From Octopus vulgaris (lineage: Eukaryota), in contig OX597823.1 of the NCBI GenBank assembly GCA_951406725.2, forward strand, positions 99,882,001 to 99,946,000: 64,000 bases of DNA. Reading direction: 5' to 3'. The notes below the pieces were generated by a model, which was not told the DNA's origin, did not search any database, and was given only the letters and a program-made list of their open reading frames with translations. The translations under genes and the position numbers were made by a program. Position 1 is the first letter of the stretch, and each line of letters opens with the position of its first letter. Below, one piece after another: positions 12,118 through 25,946 of this stretch.

Positions 12118-15100
12118 TAAATAAATAAAAGTACCTAGTTATGAAATTAATGTTTCCCTTGATTTAGAGAGGACCAAGAGATATAAATATTAATGGATAA
12201 TTTTATTTTTTCAACTCTATATTGTGGTTAATCAAGTTTAAAATAAACTTTTTACATATTCTCTTTTTCTTTGTATGTATTTTATTTTTTAGCATTTGTA
12301 ATTTTCTTCTGCTGCCAGACAAAACACTTTAAAAAAAAAATTTCCAAGTATTTAAAAGCATCCTCTCATTGTTAGTATTGCCACTTTTCAAAAATATTTT
12401 GCTTTCTAACATGCCTTATTTTATATATTTTTTTAATTGCCATTCTGGGGGAAAATGTTTTTCTCTCTATGTACTTGAAGTCCCCTACAGGCTGACTGGA
12501 TGAAAGGTTGTCGACCATTGGCTTTGATATTTTGTTCTCCTGTTTCAGATTTTGGGGTTGGTTGAGAGGCAAGACAGTTTATTCTCCTTTTTTGCTTTTC
12601 GTTTCTGCTGCTCACCAAAAAATAAAGCTTTGATGCACTCACTTTGAATTTGGATTAAGTTGTTCCTCACCTTGTTACCAAAATTAGACTAACATTTTAA
12701 TTCAGCATAAGAACAGCAGTTTTGAGGGAAGGGGCATTATTTGATTCCATTGACCCACCCCACCCCAAGTATTTGGCTGGTATTTCACCAACCCCAAAAG
12801 GCTGGAAGGGAAAGTGGACATCAGTGGGATGTGAGCTGATGTCAAAAACTGGAAGAAATCATAATCATCATCATCCTACGTCCATTTTCTATGCTGGCAG
12901 GGGTGGAACAGTTTGACCGGAGCTGATAAAACCAGGGGCCACACCAGGTTTCATTGTCTTTTGTAGCATAGTTTCTACAGCTGGATGTCCTTCCTAATGT
13001 TAACCACTCCACAGAGTGTACTGGGTGCTTTTTACTTGGTTTCAAATTGTGGCACAAGGCCAGCAATTTTGAGTGGTGTGGATTAGTTGGAATCATTGAT
13101 CCTCCCCCCCCCCCAAATATTTATCTAATTGATAAGGTAAATGTTGGTCCTGATGGAATCTGAATTCAGAACCTAAAGAATCGGAAGAAAGGTTGTTAAG
13201 TATCTGCCACACTAACGATTCGACCAATTTGCTGGAAGAAATAATTCTTTCCTGTATTGGTACAAGGTCTGAAGTTTTAGGGGCGGGGACTAGTTGATTG
13301 CATTGACCCCAGTGTTTCTCTGGTACTTCTTTTGTCAACCCCTAAAAGGATGAAAGGCAAGATCAACCTCAGCAGAATTTGAACTCAGAACGCAAAGACG
13401 GATGAACTGGCACTGACCACTTTTTCCTGGGGCGCGAATGGTTCTGCCAGTTGGTCACCTTCTGCTGGAACGAAGAATGTAAGACTTATTTCTTATGAAT
13501 CTGCCAGCTTAATCACCTTTATTATCATAATAATTAAAATAATACTGTTGTATTGTGGTCAGCTCCAGTTTTCGTTGGTAGAACCTGTGAAGTTGAAACA
13601 TTTATGAAGTTCTGAGACAAGAAATGAAAAGAAAAAAAAAAGAAATGACAAGTAGTTCAAATACAAACTGAGTGTAGCAAACTATAATAATACTGTGTAA
13701 CTATGAAATAACTTCTTTTCAGATTATCATTGTGTTATGGCTACACAGACATACAATATAGCTATACATACATACATTTGTATGTGTGTGTGTGTATATA
13801 TATATATATATCTAATTGAAGTTCTGTTGAATTAGGTCCTTAAGTTGAAGTGCCAAATCAGTCAGGTATTCCTGCAGTTGATGATGGCACTGCATTTAAA
13901 TCGATGTAATGATTGCATTGATCAATTAAATGGAGCCGCTTGAAACGGTCGTACTGCATCACTACTTGATATCCTGTTGCTTATTTTGATTATACACACA
14001 CACATATATATTAACATTTCAGACTCTCTAATGAAGACTAAGCAGGTCAACATTCTTTTTGTTAAAGAATTATTTGTGTATGTATATATATAATGTAATT
14101 TCTGTGTGCCCTACTTGTACACACTCATTGTTTACAAAATAAATTGCTGCCATTTTATGGGTCTCCTGTGAATTGTACTTGCAGCTTATAAGTAAATCTA
14201 TTTTTGTCTTTAGCTCTTCCATTAAATTCCAGTTCTGTTTTCAGATTTATTCTCATGTTTACCTTTTACACCAGTTAAACATTACAGCTTCATTATGGCA
14301 CAGCTTCTATTTAGGGCCAACACTGTATTTTTATGAGATGTGTATTGAAAATTACTAATGTTCATCACTAAAACTTTATACCACATCAACAACTAATTAA
14401 CAGGATTTATTTGCAATTTGTTCATAAGATTAAAAAAATATCGAAATATTCCTCAAATTTTAAGAGTTTTAAATATATTGAATGTAATAAATATAGAAAT
14501 AAATGAATATGTAATGAAACATATATATGTAACAGTGTGTATTTCCATACCACAGTTGACTAAATCCTGTATAAACAAACTGGAGTTTATTGATTTTTTG
14601 TTTGGAAAATTATGATGATAGAAACCATTTATTACTTTTAATAGGACTTGGAAAATTAATAATGTGCAATAAATTTTTGTGTGATCAAATTAGGCAAGTT
14701 GTTCAAATAGTAGTGTGTGTGTGTGTGTGTGTCCAATAGATTAAGAATGCATCATTTACTCTCCCTTTTTTATGTTTTTGTTTTTAGTATGTGTGTGTGT
14801 GTGTGTGTGCGTAATTTTGACGAGTTTATCAGACATGCGTAAATAGAAATGAATGTGTGTTTGTGTCCAGATGAGTTGGTCTTATGATGTGATTGTAGGT
14901 TATCAGTGAGCCAAGCCTGTATTTCAACTGTTTCCCAATTAAAACATGCCTCTTGCATCACTAATTTCCATGAAAGAGGCTGCAATGTCACAATAACCCC
15001 ATCTCTTTATCCTCTTCATCCATTATCTGTACAACATGTACTCACAGGAATCTGTGTATTTTAGCTATAGAATAAGAACTGTTTTGACATCAAAGCTGGT

Positions 15101-15596
15101 TTGTTTCAGGAACTGTCATCAATTAATATAACCAATGCCAAAACAGAGAAATGGTGCCTGGGCAGCTCTCCAGCCTTGCCAGCTCCTCTCAAACAGTTCA
15201 ACCCATGGCAGCATGGGAAACAGATGCTAAATGATTCTTCATCATCATCATCATTGTTTAACGTCTGCTTTCCATGCTGTCATGGGCTGGACAGTTTGAC
15301 GCGGCACTGTCTAACAGACAGCTATCCAGACTTCAATTGTCTGTTGTGGCATGGTTTCTATAACTGGATGCCCTTCCTAATGCCAACCACTTAACAGAGT
15401 GTGCTGGGTGCTTTTATGCAGCAGTGACACGGGTACATTTACACAGTGCCAGTATAGGTGCGTTTATGCAGCACAGCACAGGTGCTTTTTATGTGGCACC
15501 AGCACCTTTCAGGTGCTGGTGCCACATAAAAAAAAAACCTGTGCTGGTAATGCAGAAACACACCCATACCAGTGGCACATAAAAAGCATTCTCTGT

Positions 15597-15627
<31 letters not shown>

Positions 15628-16702
15628 TGAGAGTTAGAGGTTGGGAAACCAACCAACTAAGGGATAAGGGATAGTGCCTATCCAATATAGTGTACCCAAT
15701 TATACCCAAATGCTGGTTATTGCAGGTTTTGGAACAAATACACACTGGAATGTCTACTGGATGATGTATGTCATTTTGTATCCTCTCCATTTTCTTATTT
15801 GCCATATATATATATTTGTATATATATGTGTGTGTGTGTGTATCTAGTAAATCCACTCACAAGGCTTTGCTCAGCTCAGGGTTATTGTAGAAGATGCTTG
15901 CCCCAAGATGACATGCAGTAAGACAGAACTCTGGAACCATGTGGCTGCAAAGCAAACATCATACATCCAGGCTTTGGTCCTGTTTTATTGAGAAAGAAAC
16001 CAACATGAGAATTCTTCACATGAACACTAGCTTGTGTGTGTGTGTGGTATTTTGTCAGGAACAAAACCTCATTGAGGTATTTCTAATCAATGAATGGATA
16101 TCTAGAGTAGAAACTTATTGCAAATGAATTGGGGGGGGGGGCATCCACACCCCCTACCCGCCTTGTAAATTGGAAGATTCGTTAATTTTGTTCCAACTAG
16201 ATTCTTCCAGTTAGATCAAAAAGATATTCTGGATGAAACTGGCTGGGAATTTTCTGCCATTTAGTTAGATATTCATTATAAATGTTGTCTTTTATTCTCT
16301 CTGATTATCATGTCTTAGTTAGATGTGCTTATTGACTCAGAATAAAAGAATATATTCTAATTTGGCAATGTCTACTGAATCATGGAACCATCTTCAGTTA
16401 TAACTTTGTACTGCAGCACTGTGTTCAATATCAAAGTTAGTTGTCTTTTTGTTGTTGTTTTTAGACTCTTCTCTTATTATGACAATGATCTCTGTTTCTT
16501 AAAAATATCCTGAATGTACAGGATCCGCTGTAACCCGTTACTGCTCATCCTTGCCATCCTCACTGAGATTTACTTCCCCAGACCCTCTACAAACCATATT
16601 TCTGTTCAATCCTTCCTTATTATGGCTGTATTTTCTTGGAAATCTTTCCCTTTCTATAATTTTCTTTTCAGTCACCCCCCCCTCAATCACTAATATTAAA
16701 CT

Positions 16703-16884
16703 CGGTGAAGGGGGGGAGCTGGCAGAATCGTTAGCACATTGGGCAAAAATGCTTAACAGCAATTCACTTGTCTTCACCTTCTGAGTTCAAATTCTACTGA
16801 GGTCAGCTTTGCTTTTCATCCTCGAGCGCTGGGGTTCGATGTAATTTACTTACCCGTCCCTTCGAAGTTGCTGGCCTTGTGCCA
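16703..16884 (+). mobile_element. Second tRNA-derived SINE family with Nin/Deu-like core (copies at 1-185 -, 8075-8260 -, 13250-13460 -, 23860-24020 -, 42081-42270 +)
   Basis: GAGCTGGCAGAATCGTTAGCAC head, GAGTTCAAATTC B-box, and a GCCTTTCATCCTT...GGGGTCGAT-type core repeated across the window. Confidence 0.8.
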
Positions 16885-16888
16885 TTAA

Positions 16889-17986
16889 CCCTTTCGTTAC
16901 CAAACCGCCCAAAGCCACCCGAAAAATATTTTGGTTTATGAGACCAAACCGCCCAAACCCGCCCGAATTTACCTATTCATATTTAAATGAGAATATCAGA
17001 GCAAATCTCTTCAGTACATTCGTGAAAACACGTATTATACTTCGTAAACAGTTCAACTACAGTTTTGTACAATAATCGAAGTGTAATTTTAATTCCGTGA
17101 ATTTTGGGAGATTTTTTTCCGAAATTTGTTCCTATTGTGTTTTCAAAATTTGTAATTCTGACAAAAAATGGATACGAATTTCATTATATCAAGCAGCGAG
17201 TCAGAATTCGAAGGATTTTCTACTGAAGACCTTCATAAAGACCTTCATAAATCTAACTCTATGACTGAAAAAAAAAAGCACATGGTATTTGATAATGAAT
17301 CTAATGTTTCATTTTCCGAAAGTGAAAACAGTGAATCTGAGATCTCCGACAGCGATAAAGAAAACGAATTGGCACCTGAATGGAGTGAAAATTGAAAAAC
17401 TGTTTCTTTCGGTGATTTTTCTGAAGAAACTGGACCAAGCCACAGACTTTCCCAGAAGGGTAAAGCCTTAGACTATTTCTATTTACTTTTTCGAATGAGC
17501 CTATTTGAAATCATTACGGCGAAAACGAACCGTTACGCTAAACGTAAACAAAGCGAAAGAAAGGATAGTTTGTTATTTCCCACAACCTTAAATGAAATTA
17601 AGACTATTTTGCCGTAAATATTATTATGGGTATCAGAAAGTTACCCAGAATAACAAATTCTATCGTAAAATTTTGTTGTATACCCAATTGAATATTAACT
17701 AATAACCCATTTTCTATAGCGATGTTTGAACAAAATTTTAATAATTTTATATTTTGTGGAATTTACCTGTATCTACCTGCAATTAGAGTCACTTTGTGAC
17801 AAAAATTATAGTATAGAATTGGTTGAGAATATTTCATTAAATTATCTTCCAAAAATCAGATTAATATATCGATAAATAAAAAAGTTATAGTTGTTTAATG
17901 AAACCAGACTAAATTTATGATTACGTTAGAAATTAATTGAAACACATAAGGGGTGTAATTTGGTCAGAAATATAGTAATGAAAGGG
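16889..17986 (+). mobile_element. Non-autonomous piggyBac deletion derivative, copy 2
   Basis: TTAA TSDs at 16885-16888 and 17987-17990. TIRs CCCTTTCGTTAC / GTAATGAAAGGG (11 of 12 match). Near-identical to copy 1. Inserted at the 3' part of a SINE. Confidence 0.92.
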
Positions 17987-18961
17987 TTAAATTAAAATAC
18001 CCATATGTGTATCATACTTAATGTATATACATTAAGGCATGATTTTGTGGTTTTTGTCTTAGAGAAAATCTTTTCATAAACATGTGTCAGTTTTCTGATA
18101 TGTATTGTATTTTTAACATATATCTATGAAGACATTTTCTCTCAGACAAAAACTATGGCATCAGGCCTTTCAACAACATATGATACACAGATGACTAATA
18201 GTAAGATCTCAATCTGAATAGAAAACCTTATTAACCTCATTAGATATCACCAATTCCCCAGTCTCAAAGAGCTACAATTACTACTCGCTTTCTTTTCATT
18301 GCTTATAGATATGTGGCCATCTCAAAAAATGTGACTACAATAGGTTTTTTTTTTTTTTTTTTTTTTTTTTTCTTTCTTTAAGGGACCTTAGTGGTGTATA
18401 TGAAACCGTTTGAAATCACAGGCTTAGTTCACTGAAAAATGACTCTGAAACTAATCAGTGTACCCACACACCAACAAAATAAACAACAAATTGATCTTGT
18501 CGCTGTGCTCTATTTCCTTTATTTATTTTTAATTAAATCCATAATCTCTTCTTTGATTTAATCCAAAGTTCATTTTCTTTTCTATTTGTAAATAATTATG
18601 AAACCTTTATTAGTCTCATATTCCTTAACGGATTTCGTCTCTCTCACTCTACTTATTTTTACTGCTTACTCTTCTACTGTTTTCTCTTTTCCAGAAAGTT
18701 TTCACTTTTGTTTTTTAAAAGCATTATCACTGAATAATTCATGCTTTGTTCTACATTTCAGTTGTGAAGTTATTAACAGACACAACCTTTTTATTCTAGC
18801 TGTTGATGTTCCACGTTGGAAAGTGAAAATGTCATTTGTTGTAACAACTTATTGAAAGTGTTTGTGCTGTATAAATATTCTTCAGTTCTTAATTTAAGAG
18901 ATTAGGAATTATGTACGTTATTTACATTTGATGGATATTTGTCCTCATCTTTTTTGTTGTT

Positions 18962-19007
18962 AACACAACGCTTCAGCTGGTGTACCCTCCAGCCTTCATC
19001 AGGTGTC
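18962..19007 (-). ncRNA. Degenerate minimal type I hammerhead ribozyme
   Basis: Reverse complement GACAC-CTGATGA-A-GGCTGG(AGGGTACA)CCAGCT-GAAG-CGTT-GTGTT. Core and stems I/II are present; GAAA is mutated to GAAG. Confidence 0.6.
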
Positions 19008-22000
19008 TTGGGCAAATTTCAAACCTGGGTTCTCATTTCTAAGGCATTCTTTACTTTATTTTATCATTTAGTTGGAATGGTAATTGAAATGAAGTCGGTG
19101 CATTTCATTAGCAATGTGGTAACAAAATGGTCAAGAGTGTTACAGCATTGATCAATAATTTCATTATCGTTTGTGAGTTCAAATTTCACCAGGAGATCCT
19201 TTCTTCAAGTTTGAAGCTATCAGAATGGATTGATAAAATAGGTTTTAGTAATAAATTATGGCTAATTTGATCATCATCTCATTCTTTTCTTAAGAAAAAT
19301 CCTTGTATTTAAATATAAATTAGTTTTGCTTCCAGTTTTCTGTCGTGACAAGCATTATCAATTTGGTTTTGATGTAATTTTAAAAGTAATAGCTGAATTA
19401 ATATATTTGAATGGATATTGCATGGAGAGCAGATCAAGATACCTAGAGATGGTGGAGACAGGGACAGGGGCAGCGGTTGCTGCTCTTATTGCTGAGTAGT
19501 TGTAACCGAGTTGTTGCTGACTGAAAGAACGGAGACTGTTTATTGGTGCCACAGAGCAGATAGAGCAAGCTTCAGTGTGCATTTGTGTTACTGTGAAGAC
19601 TCTACTTGCATTTCAACAATTTGTACAGGAGGTGTACCTAACAAAAAGGAAAAAAAAAAAGTTATCCAGCATTTCAGAATGTTTCAAATTGAGTAAAACC
19701 GATGCCAAGATGAGAATTTGGTTAAGTTTGCTTTGTTATGACACATTTTTGAATTTGGTTTCACTGGGGAGCATTTTCGGCAAGTGTTTTCTACCATATC
19801 CTCAGATTGACCAAAGACTTGTGAATAAAATTTGGTAAGTGGAAACTGTGATGAAGCCTTTAGGAAGGGCTACTTCCATTCTTGGGCAATAGATCTGATT
19901 CATAATCCAATTTAACACCATCACCTGATCCTTCGCTGACTTTCGTGGTGGCGACTCTGTTGTAAGCCTTTGGATCAAGACTCCAGCTAAAGATAATTTC
20001 CTATGTTAACCCATCAGTCCCAGAAAGCCCTGAAAAGGGTTATGGGCACCACCTCTTCTCCTGATTAAGCTATTCAAAATAAAAAGAAGAAGAATGGCCT
20101 TAGTCTGTATGTGGAATTTTTGCTATGAAATGTGAGATGAATTAATAAAAACATTATCAGTAACTAAGGCAGTGGTAAATTAGTTTAAAAACATTTATTA
20201 ATCTGTTCTTAATAATTCAGTATTTTTAATTGTAACTGTGCAGCTGAAATTGTTAAGAGGCTGGGAGAACTTTTTGAAGATGCAATTTTGGCAATTGCAC
20301 GTGCACACACACACATACACGCACAAAACATGTTGTAATGAAGGAACGTTGCATGTTCTTCATGAACTGAAGATGGCAGATCACTTCACAACATGTCACT
20401 CAGGTTGTTGTGAATCTTGCAAGTTTTTATTATATGAAACAGACTTTTATGACATGTTTCAAGTCAAATTTTGTTGTTGTTTAACCCCAGGCCAAGTCTA
20501 ATATAGTAGATTTGTGATCAGAGGTATTCCTGTTATGTCTAGTGTGTTCTTTTTTTCTTTTTTTTTCAGTCATAATGTATCTAGGACAACCATCTCCAAT
20601 GTGTTCTTTGTTCTGGTTGGTTCAAAAACTCTGTTGTGATTTAGGGAAGTGTTGAATAGATGCCTGTCAGTTTATAGTTGATGCTTCAGTTCTAATTCCA
20701 TTAATGATGATTTTTGCTAATCATTCTCACAAAGTTCGTCAAATAAGAACTCGGATTAAATTCAGCTATTAATTATACTACACCTATTATTAAAACTAAG
20801 TTTTGTCTCAAGGAGAAAAACTCAGTCTTCATTAGTAATTATCATTTGTCCAAATTTTCTCTGTCTCTTTCTTTTAAAAAGCTGCAACTTATATACATTT
20901 CTCTGGAATATTCAATCTGACCACAGATTTCTTTTTTTAGGTTCTAAAATATTTTTCTTACAATTGAAGTTAACTTGTAAATGTATTAACCATTCAATAG
21001 CCATACCATGTCTGAAACTGGCAACAAGGTTAGGTTTACTCTGAGATTGAATAAAATTAAATAAATATAAACCATTTGTGTGAATTGTTTTTGTTGTTTC
21101 ATATTAATATGCAGCTTGTGTATAGAGTTTGATGGATAGTTTTCAATTTCAAGCCCTCCCTGCCTAACCTTTGTACACCCAGGACTCAGTTGCCTTTCCT
21201 TAGGCCTGTCCATGTAGTTGTTTTAAACAAAATACCAAGCAGCAGATTTTGGTTTAAAATCTATCACATTTTGTTAGTTTAAGTAAATGAAAATATTTTC
21301 TTACATAGTCCGATCTATAACATATTTGAGTTAACATTCCTTTTTACTTTTAACATTTATTTCCAGCAATCCTAACCAATATTAATGACTTATATTGTCT
21401 TTATTGAATATATTAATATTTATCTGATATATTAACACTTATCTAATATTTTTATTTATATCATCCAGGTATATTTGTGCTGCTTTGATATTCAGCTTAA
21501 CTTAAAACTTGAGATGCTCTTGTTCATTTTCATTTTATGGAATTAATAGCATTCTACCTTCTCCAGCCTTTTTGAAATTTTCTCAAAAATGTTAACTTAC
21601 TTCAGTTTAGTATTTGCATATTTTAATCATGAATTTTGTAAAAGATCAAACATCATATAGAGATAAAAACAGATGCTGTATCATAAGAGTATCATTAGCG
21701 TACGTGCTTAAATCTTCAGAACTGACTTTCTAAATGGAACATTTTGTCATTGGTTACAAATGGACAACTTCCTTGTGTTTTTTTTTCTCACCAGTGGCTG
21801 ATAACGAGTTAAGCTCTATGGTTATATATTGAGCACTAATGTCTGGATAAATGGTTCAGTAATTACTAGTTGAAATATCTTTTGTTTTTGAATGAGTAGT
21901 ATTTATATGAATATAGTTCTATTAAAGCTTAGTCAATGTTTTAATATTTCTTAACTGGTTTAATAGTGATCTGATGATTGTATTTGAAACTTCATTACTG

Positions 22001-23199
22001 ACTTATAACTATTGCTATGGTATATTTCAACATTTCACCATTGACTTATCCATGTTTTAGCCCAACCCACATATGAATGGTGTCCTCATTTATTACACTT
22101 AAAATCATTGGAATAACCTTTCAGCTGGTCTCTGTCAATTTAATTTGATTGATGATATATCAGGAACCTTCCCCAAACTTTTCTTATTCAATTACATTTA
22201 CTGCCGCCCTGAGAATCTTCATATCAGCTATTGTTCTTTCATACAAATTGGTCTATCCTCTCTTTATTTTTTCAACAGTATCCTGGTTTCCAGTCTCTAA
22301 ATATAGGCTCTTCTCTTGTTAAATACCTTCATTCATGCAACTGGCCAGTCCTTTCATGAGCTGCCATAGTACAGAGAATTAAAATTCTAGTTTCTGTAGA
22401 GTGAAGCTAATCTGGGCCATATTTAGTTCCTAAACTGGTTCATACAAATTTTAGAACTAATAAAGCTAAGTTAAGAAATGTTAACAATACAGTGACATTT
22501 GCTACAGCTTAATCTTAACCTTTTCAATACCAACTGAACTGAGTCTGCCCCAATTTCCTGTTTTCAAGTGATCGAAATTAAAATCTTCCTTCAAGATTTC
22601 CTACTAATTTATGTTCCAAACACCAGCTTAATAACGACCAAAGTCATTTTATTAAATTCATTATCTTCAAAATTAATCGAAACAAAAGTATTGCATTTCA
22701 ACAGAAATGTGGTAAGACAAGCATTAATATGGTAGGCATTCTTGAGACGTAAGCCTTGTTGTTGATATCAAACTCAACATTTATGCTTTAGTGATTTGCC
22801 ATTTTAACATATGGTAGCACATAAGTGAAAAATATTTAGAGCTGATATAACTTGATACTCTCTCTCTCATCTCATTCGATACCCTGACCCCAATGTTTGT
22901 TTTGTCTGTCCTTGTATCATCCCCTCTTTTTCTCAACCTTATGGTGAATAAAGAAATACTCTCTCTCTCTCTCTGTTTCTCTTTATTTTTAAAACTATTA
23001 TAAATTATTTTAAATATTTGCATATGATGCTAATGATGTTGGCAGTGATGATGTTGAATCTATAGATTTGCAATCTGTTGGATTCTATATTATTGTGGTG
23101 TGTGTGGATTTGTGCATGTATAAGCTATGCTCATGTGTGTGTGTTCTGTTGTCAAAGGTTACTCCTCAAAATATGGGGTTGGCTTAGTTTGTCTGACCT

Positions 23200-23770
23200 G
23201 ATAGGTTTGAAGGTGATTTATGAATTTTCTCTGGGTTAGAAATCCTCACCCACTTGAAGGGTACATATAGGTGTGTTTGGTGTTTGGCATATTGGCAGCT
23301 GTAGCTTTGTACAGGGAACACTTGCTCTTAGCAGCAGCATTTCTTATGTTTTTTGCTGTTTTGGTACCATTGTAAGTCTGGCTACATAATTTGTATTGGT
23401 TTTGGACAAGCAATCACAATGTTGAGGTTATTAACGGCTTTTAAGCGGGTCTCGAATTTTTCACTCCCATCCCCCCACCTATATGCCCAGCCCATTTCAC
23501 CTGCATGGAGCATGCTGGTTATTGAATAACTTGGGATGTTGGTTTGCTGAGGTACTCCGGTGAATGTGCAGGATGCTGTGGAGACACCTGGTGTGAATAT
23601 GCTTGAGAGGTCTTGTCTGTTCTTTACAGACAGTGCAGTGGACCTTTAGTTTGGTGGAGAAGTGGATTCCTCTGTGCTTCAATACATTCTCTTGCAGTAT
23701 TCTGAAGACCGTGCTGGCTTTGGAGATCCTGTTGTTAACTTTTTCAAGAGTGTACTGCTGAGCTAGGTGA
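23200..23770 (-). mobile_element. Old RTE/BovB-like LINE 3' fragment
   Basis: Minus strand reads VNNRISKASTVF, RGIHFSTKLKV and HTRCLHSILHI, as in RTE-BovB C-termini. Many disruptions. Confidence 0.65.
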
Positions 23771-25494
23771 CCCTATCAACAAATGGGGTAGCCCCCTACC
23801 CCATTTGTCATGACTTGTAGCTTATATAATATATATATATATATATATAACATGATTTCTTACGTAAGCATAAAGCCTGAAGATTGGAGGAGGGAAATAC
23901 TTCATTATATCGACCCCAGTGTATGACTGATATTATCAACCTCCCAGAAGAATGGAGGGCAAAGTTATCATCTTGAGGATTTGCACTCTGAACATAAGTA
24001 GCTTGGAAGAAATATTCTAATGCTCTCTCTCATACATCAGTGCACTTCGCCTTATCATCATCTTCACACACACAATCATCTACCAAACATACATGCCAAT
24101 ATGCTTTGTTCACTCTCATTAGTAGTAACACTACATTATCACTGTCTCCTTCTATTCCCTTACACATTAATTTTCCTACACGCACACACACACACACACA
24201 CACATGTATTTTGAGTATTTCCATTATCCTTACTTTCTTTTGCCCTTCCTCCACCTCTGTTGGCTGAATAAAGCCATTCCTTACACTTTTACCAAATCTG
24301 CTGCCATTTTTTATCTACTTAGCTGCTTTTACTATAAATACTGTTTTTCACATACCCTCCCCCCTTTAATGTTCCAGTCGAGGGACCACTGTCTCATGTG
24401 TTGAATTCCTCACAGCATAATGTCATTGCACTCTTGTTCAATGCTTTCCAATCTGGGAAATATCAGCACAAAAATAATTAAAAAAAGAAGTCTTTTACAT
24501 TTGTGTAATTCTTCTTTCTTAATCGTTGGACAAGCTTAAAACCATCTTTTTTTTATTATTATTAAAAGTGGCAATTATTTTGCTCTTTTTTCATCCACAC
24601 AAGGAGGAAGTGTTGTACTCTCCACCACTCTTAGAAAAAACTCTGCTCTTGTTTGTCGTTTTCTGGGTTTTTTCTTGAGACTTTTAGGATGGACACACAC
24701 ACACACACACACACACAGATAATAAATGTAATTATTGGTATTTTAAGCATTATAAAATATACGTTTCAGTGAACTTGGCATTACTACTCAAGGCAATTAG
24801 TCAGAGGTTGCATAATACACTTGACTCACTTCTTCAGCATTGTCGGTGAAATGTATGGAGTGTAGAACTTTTGACATGAATAGCACCTTGCTGTGCACTT
24901 TTATATTGTGCTGTGTGTGTGTGTGTGTAGACATAAGGTAGTAAAAAGTTGCTGGTTATTTTACAAATAAAAAACTTTACAGGATTCCATTCTGTTGTTG
25001 GTGTTTGTCACAAGTGTTAGCTTGTATTTCTTAGAGCATATACCTGTGTTTAAAGTTTCTAATTTAATATATTTGTCTTGGCTTGTTACTATTTCCATCA
25101 AAAATAGTTTTCAAATTTTGTGTAGAAATTTTAGCCTTTACATTAAAATTTTAATCATTAGTTAATTATTTTTGAAATGAACTCGAAAGCAAGAAAAAAT
25201 TAACGGAAAGCAAAGAAAACACCAAGAGGTTAGTTATATGTACTCGTCTTAAATTCCTGCTTTTCCCTCCAGCCCCACCACCACAATCACTGCTTTCCAT
25301 TCTATTTCTGAAATATTTAATGTACCATTGTCTTTTTTTTTTTTTTTTCATTTTACTTTCTCTCCCCTCTTTGAATCTCAGGTAGGTCTTATGATGATGG
25401 TAACTGTTTCAATTTTCTTTGTTTTCACTCTTCTATCATGGTATCATGTTTCAGAGACATAAAAATGACTGAACTTTGGTAAGAATAGCTTTTG

Positions 25495-25495
<1 letters not shown>

Positions 25496-25560
<65 letters not shown>

Positions 25561-25580
25561 CATCATCAATTATTATTATT
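25496..25580. repeat. (ATT)n microsatellite, representative of many (CA)n, (TA)n, (CT)n and (ATT)n tracts (e.g. 28790, 31354, 33870, 36120, 44950, 46585-46760, 59903, 60049)
   Basis: Direct inspection. Confidence 0.95.
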
Positions 25581-25844
25581 TAACTATAGTTATATTTTCT
25601 GTTTTGAACGCTCTAAGTTTCATGCATTCCAATGAAGAACTTTTTTTTAATGTTTATTAGCAACAGAGGCAGTATTAATACCCAGAGATAATATTTCTCC
25701 CCATTCAAATTTGGATGTTCTGTTAGAACAAACTATACTGCAGCAGAGACCCTGAGAGAATCCCTCATACTGGCTTTCGGTGCAAAATTTGCTTTTGTTT
25801 ATATGGCATGATCTGCTGGTCTCACATCTCATTTCATGTAATAC

Positions 25845-25897
25845 TGATGGTTAATAACGTCTGTAGTATTTATGAATAAAATTCTCAGCTTCAAGTA

Positions 25898-25946
<49 letters not shown>

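Noticed and set aside
14025-14055. Hammerhead-like CTAATGA-AGAC...GTC
   Set aside because: Both core boxes are mutated and there is no convincing stem I.
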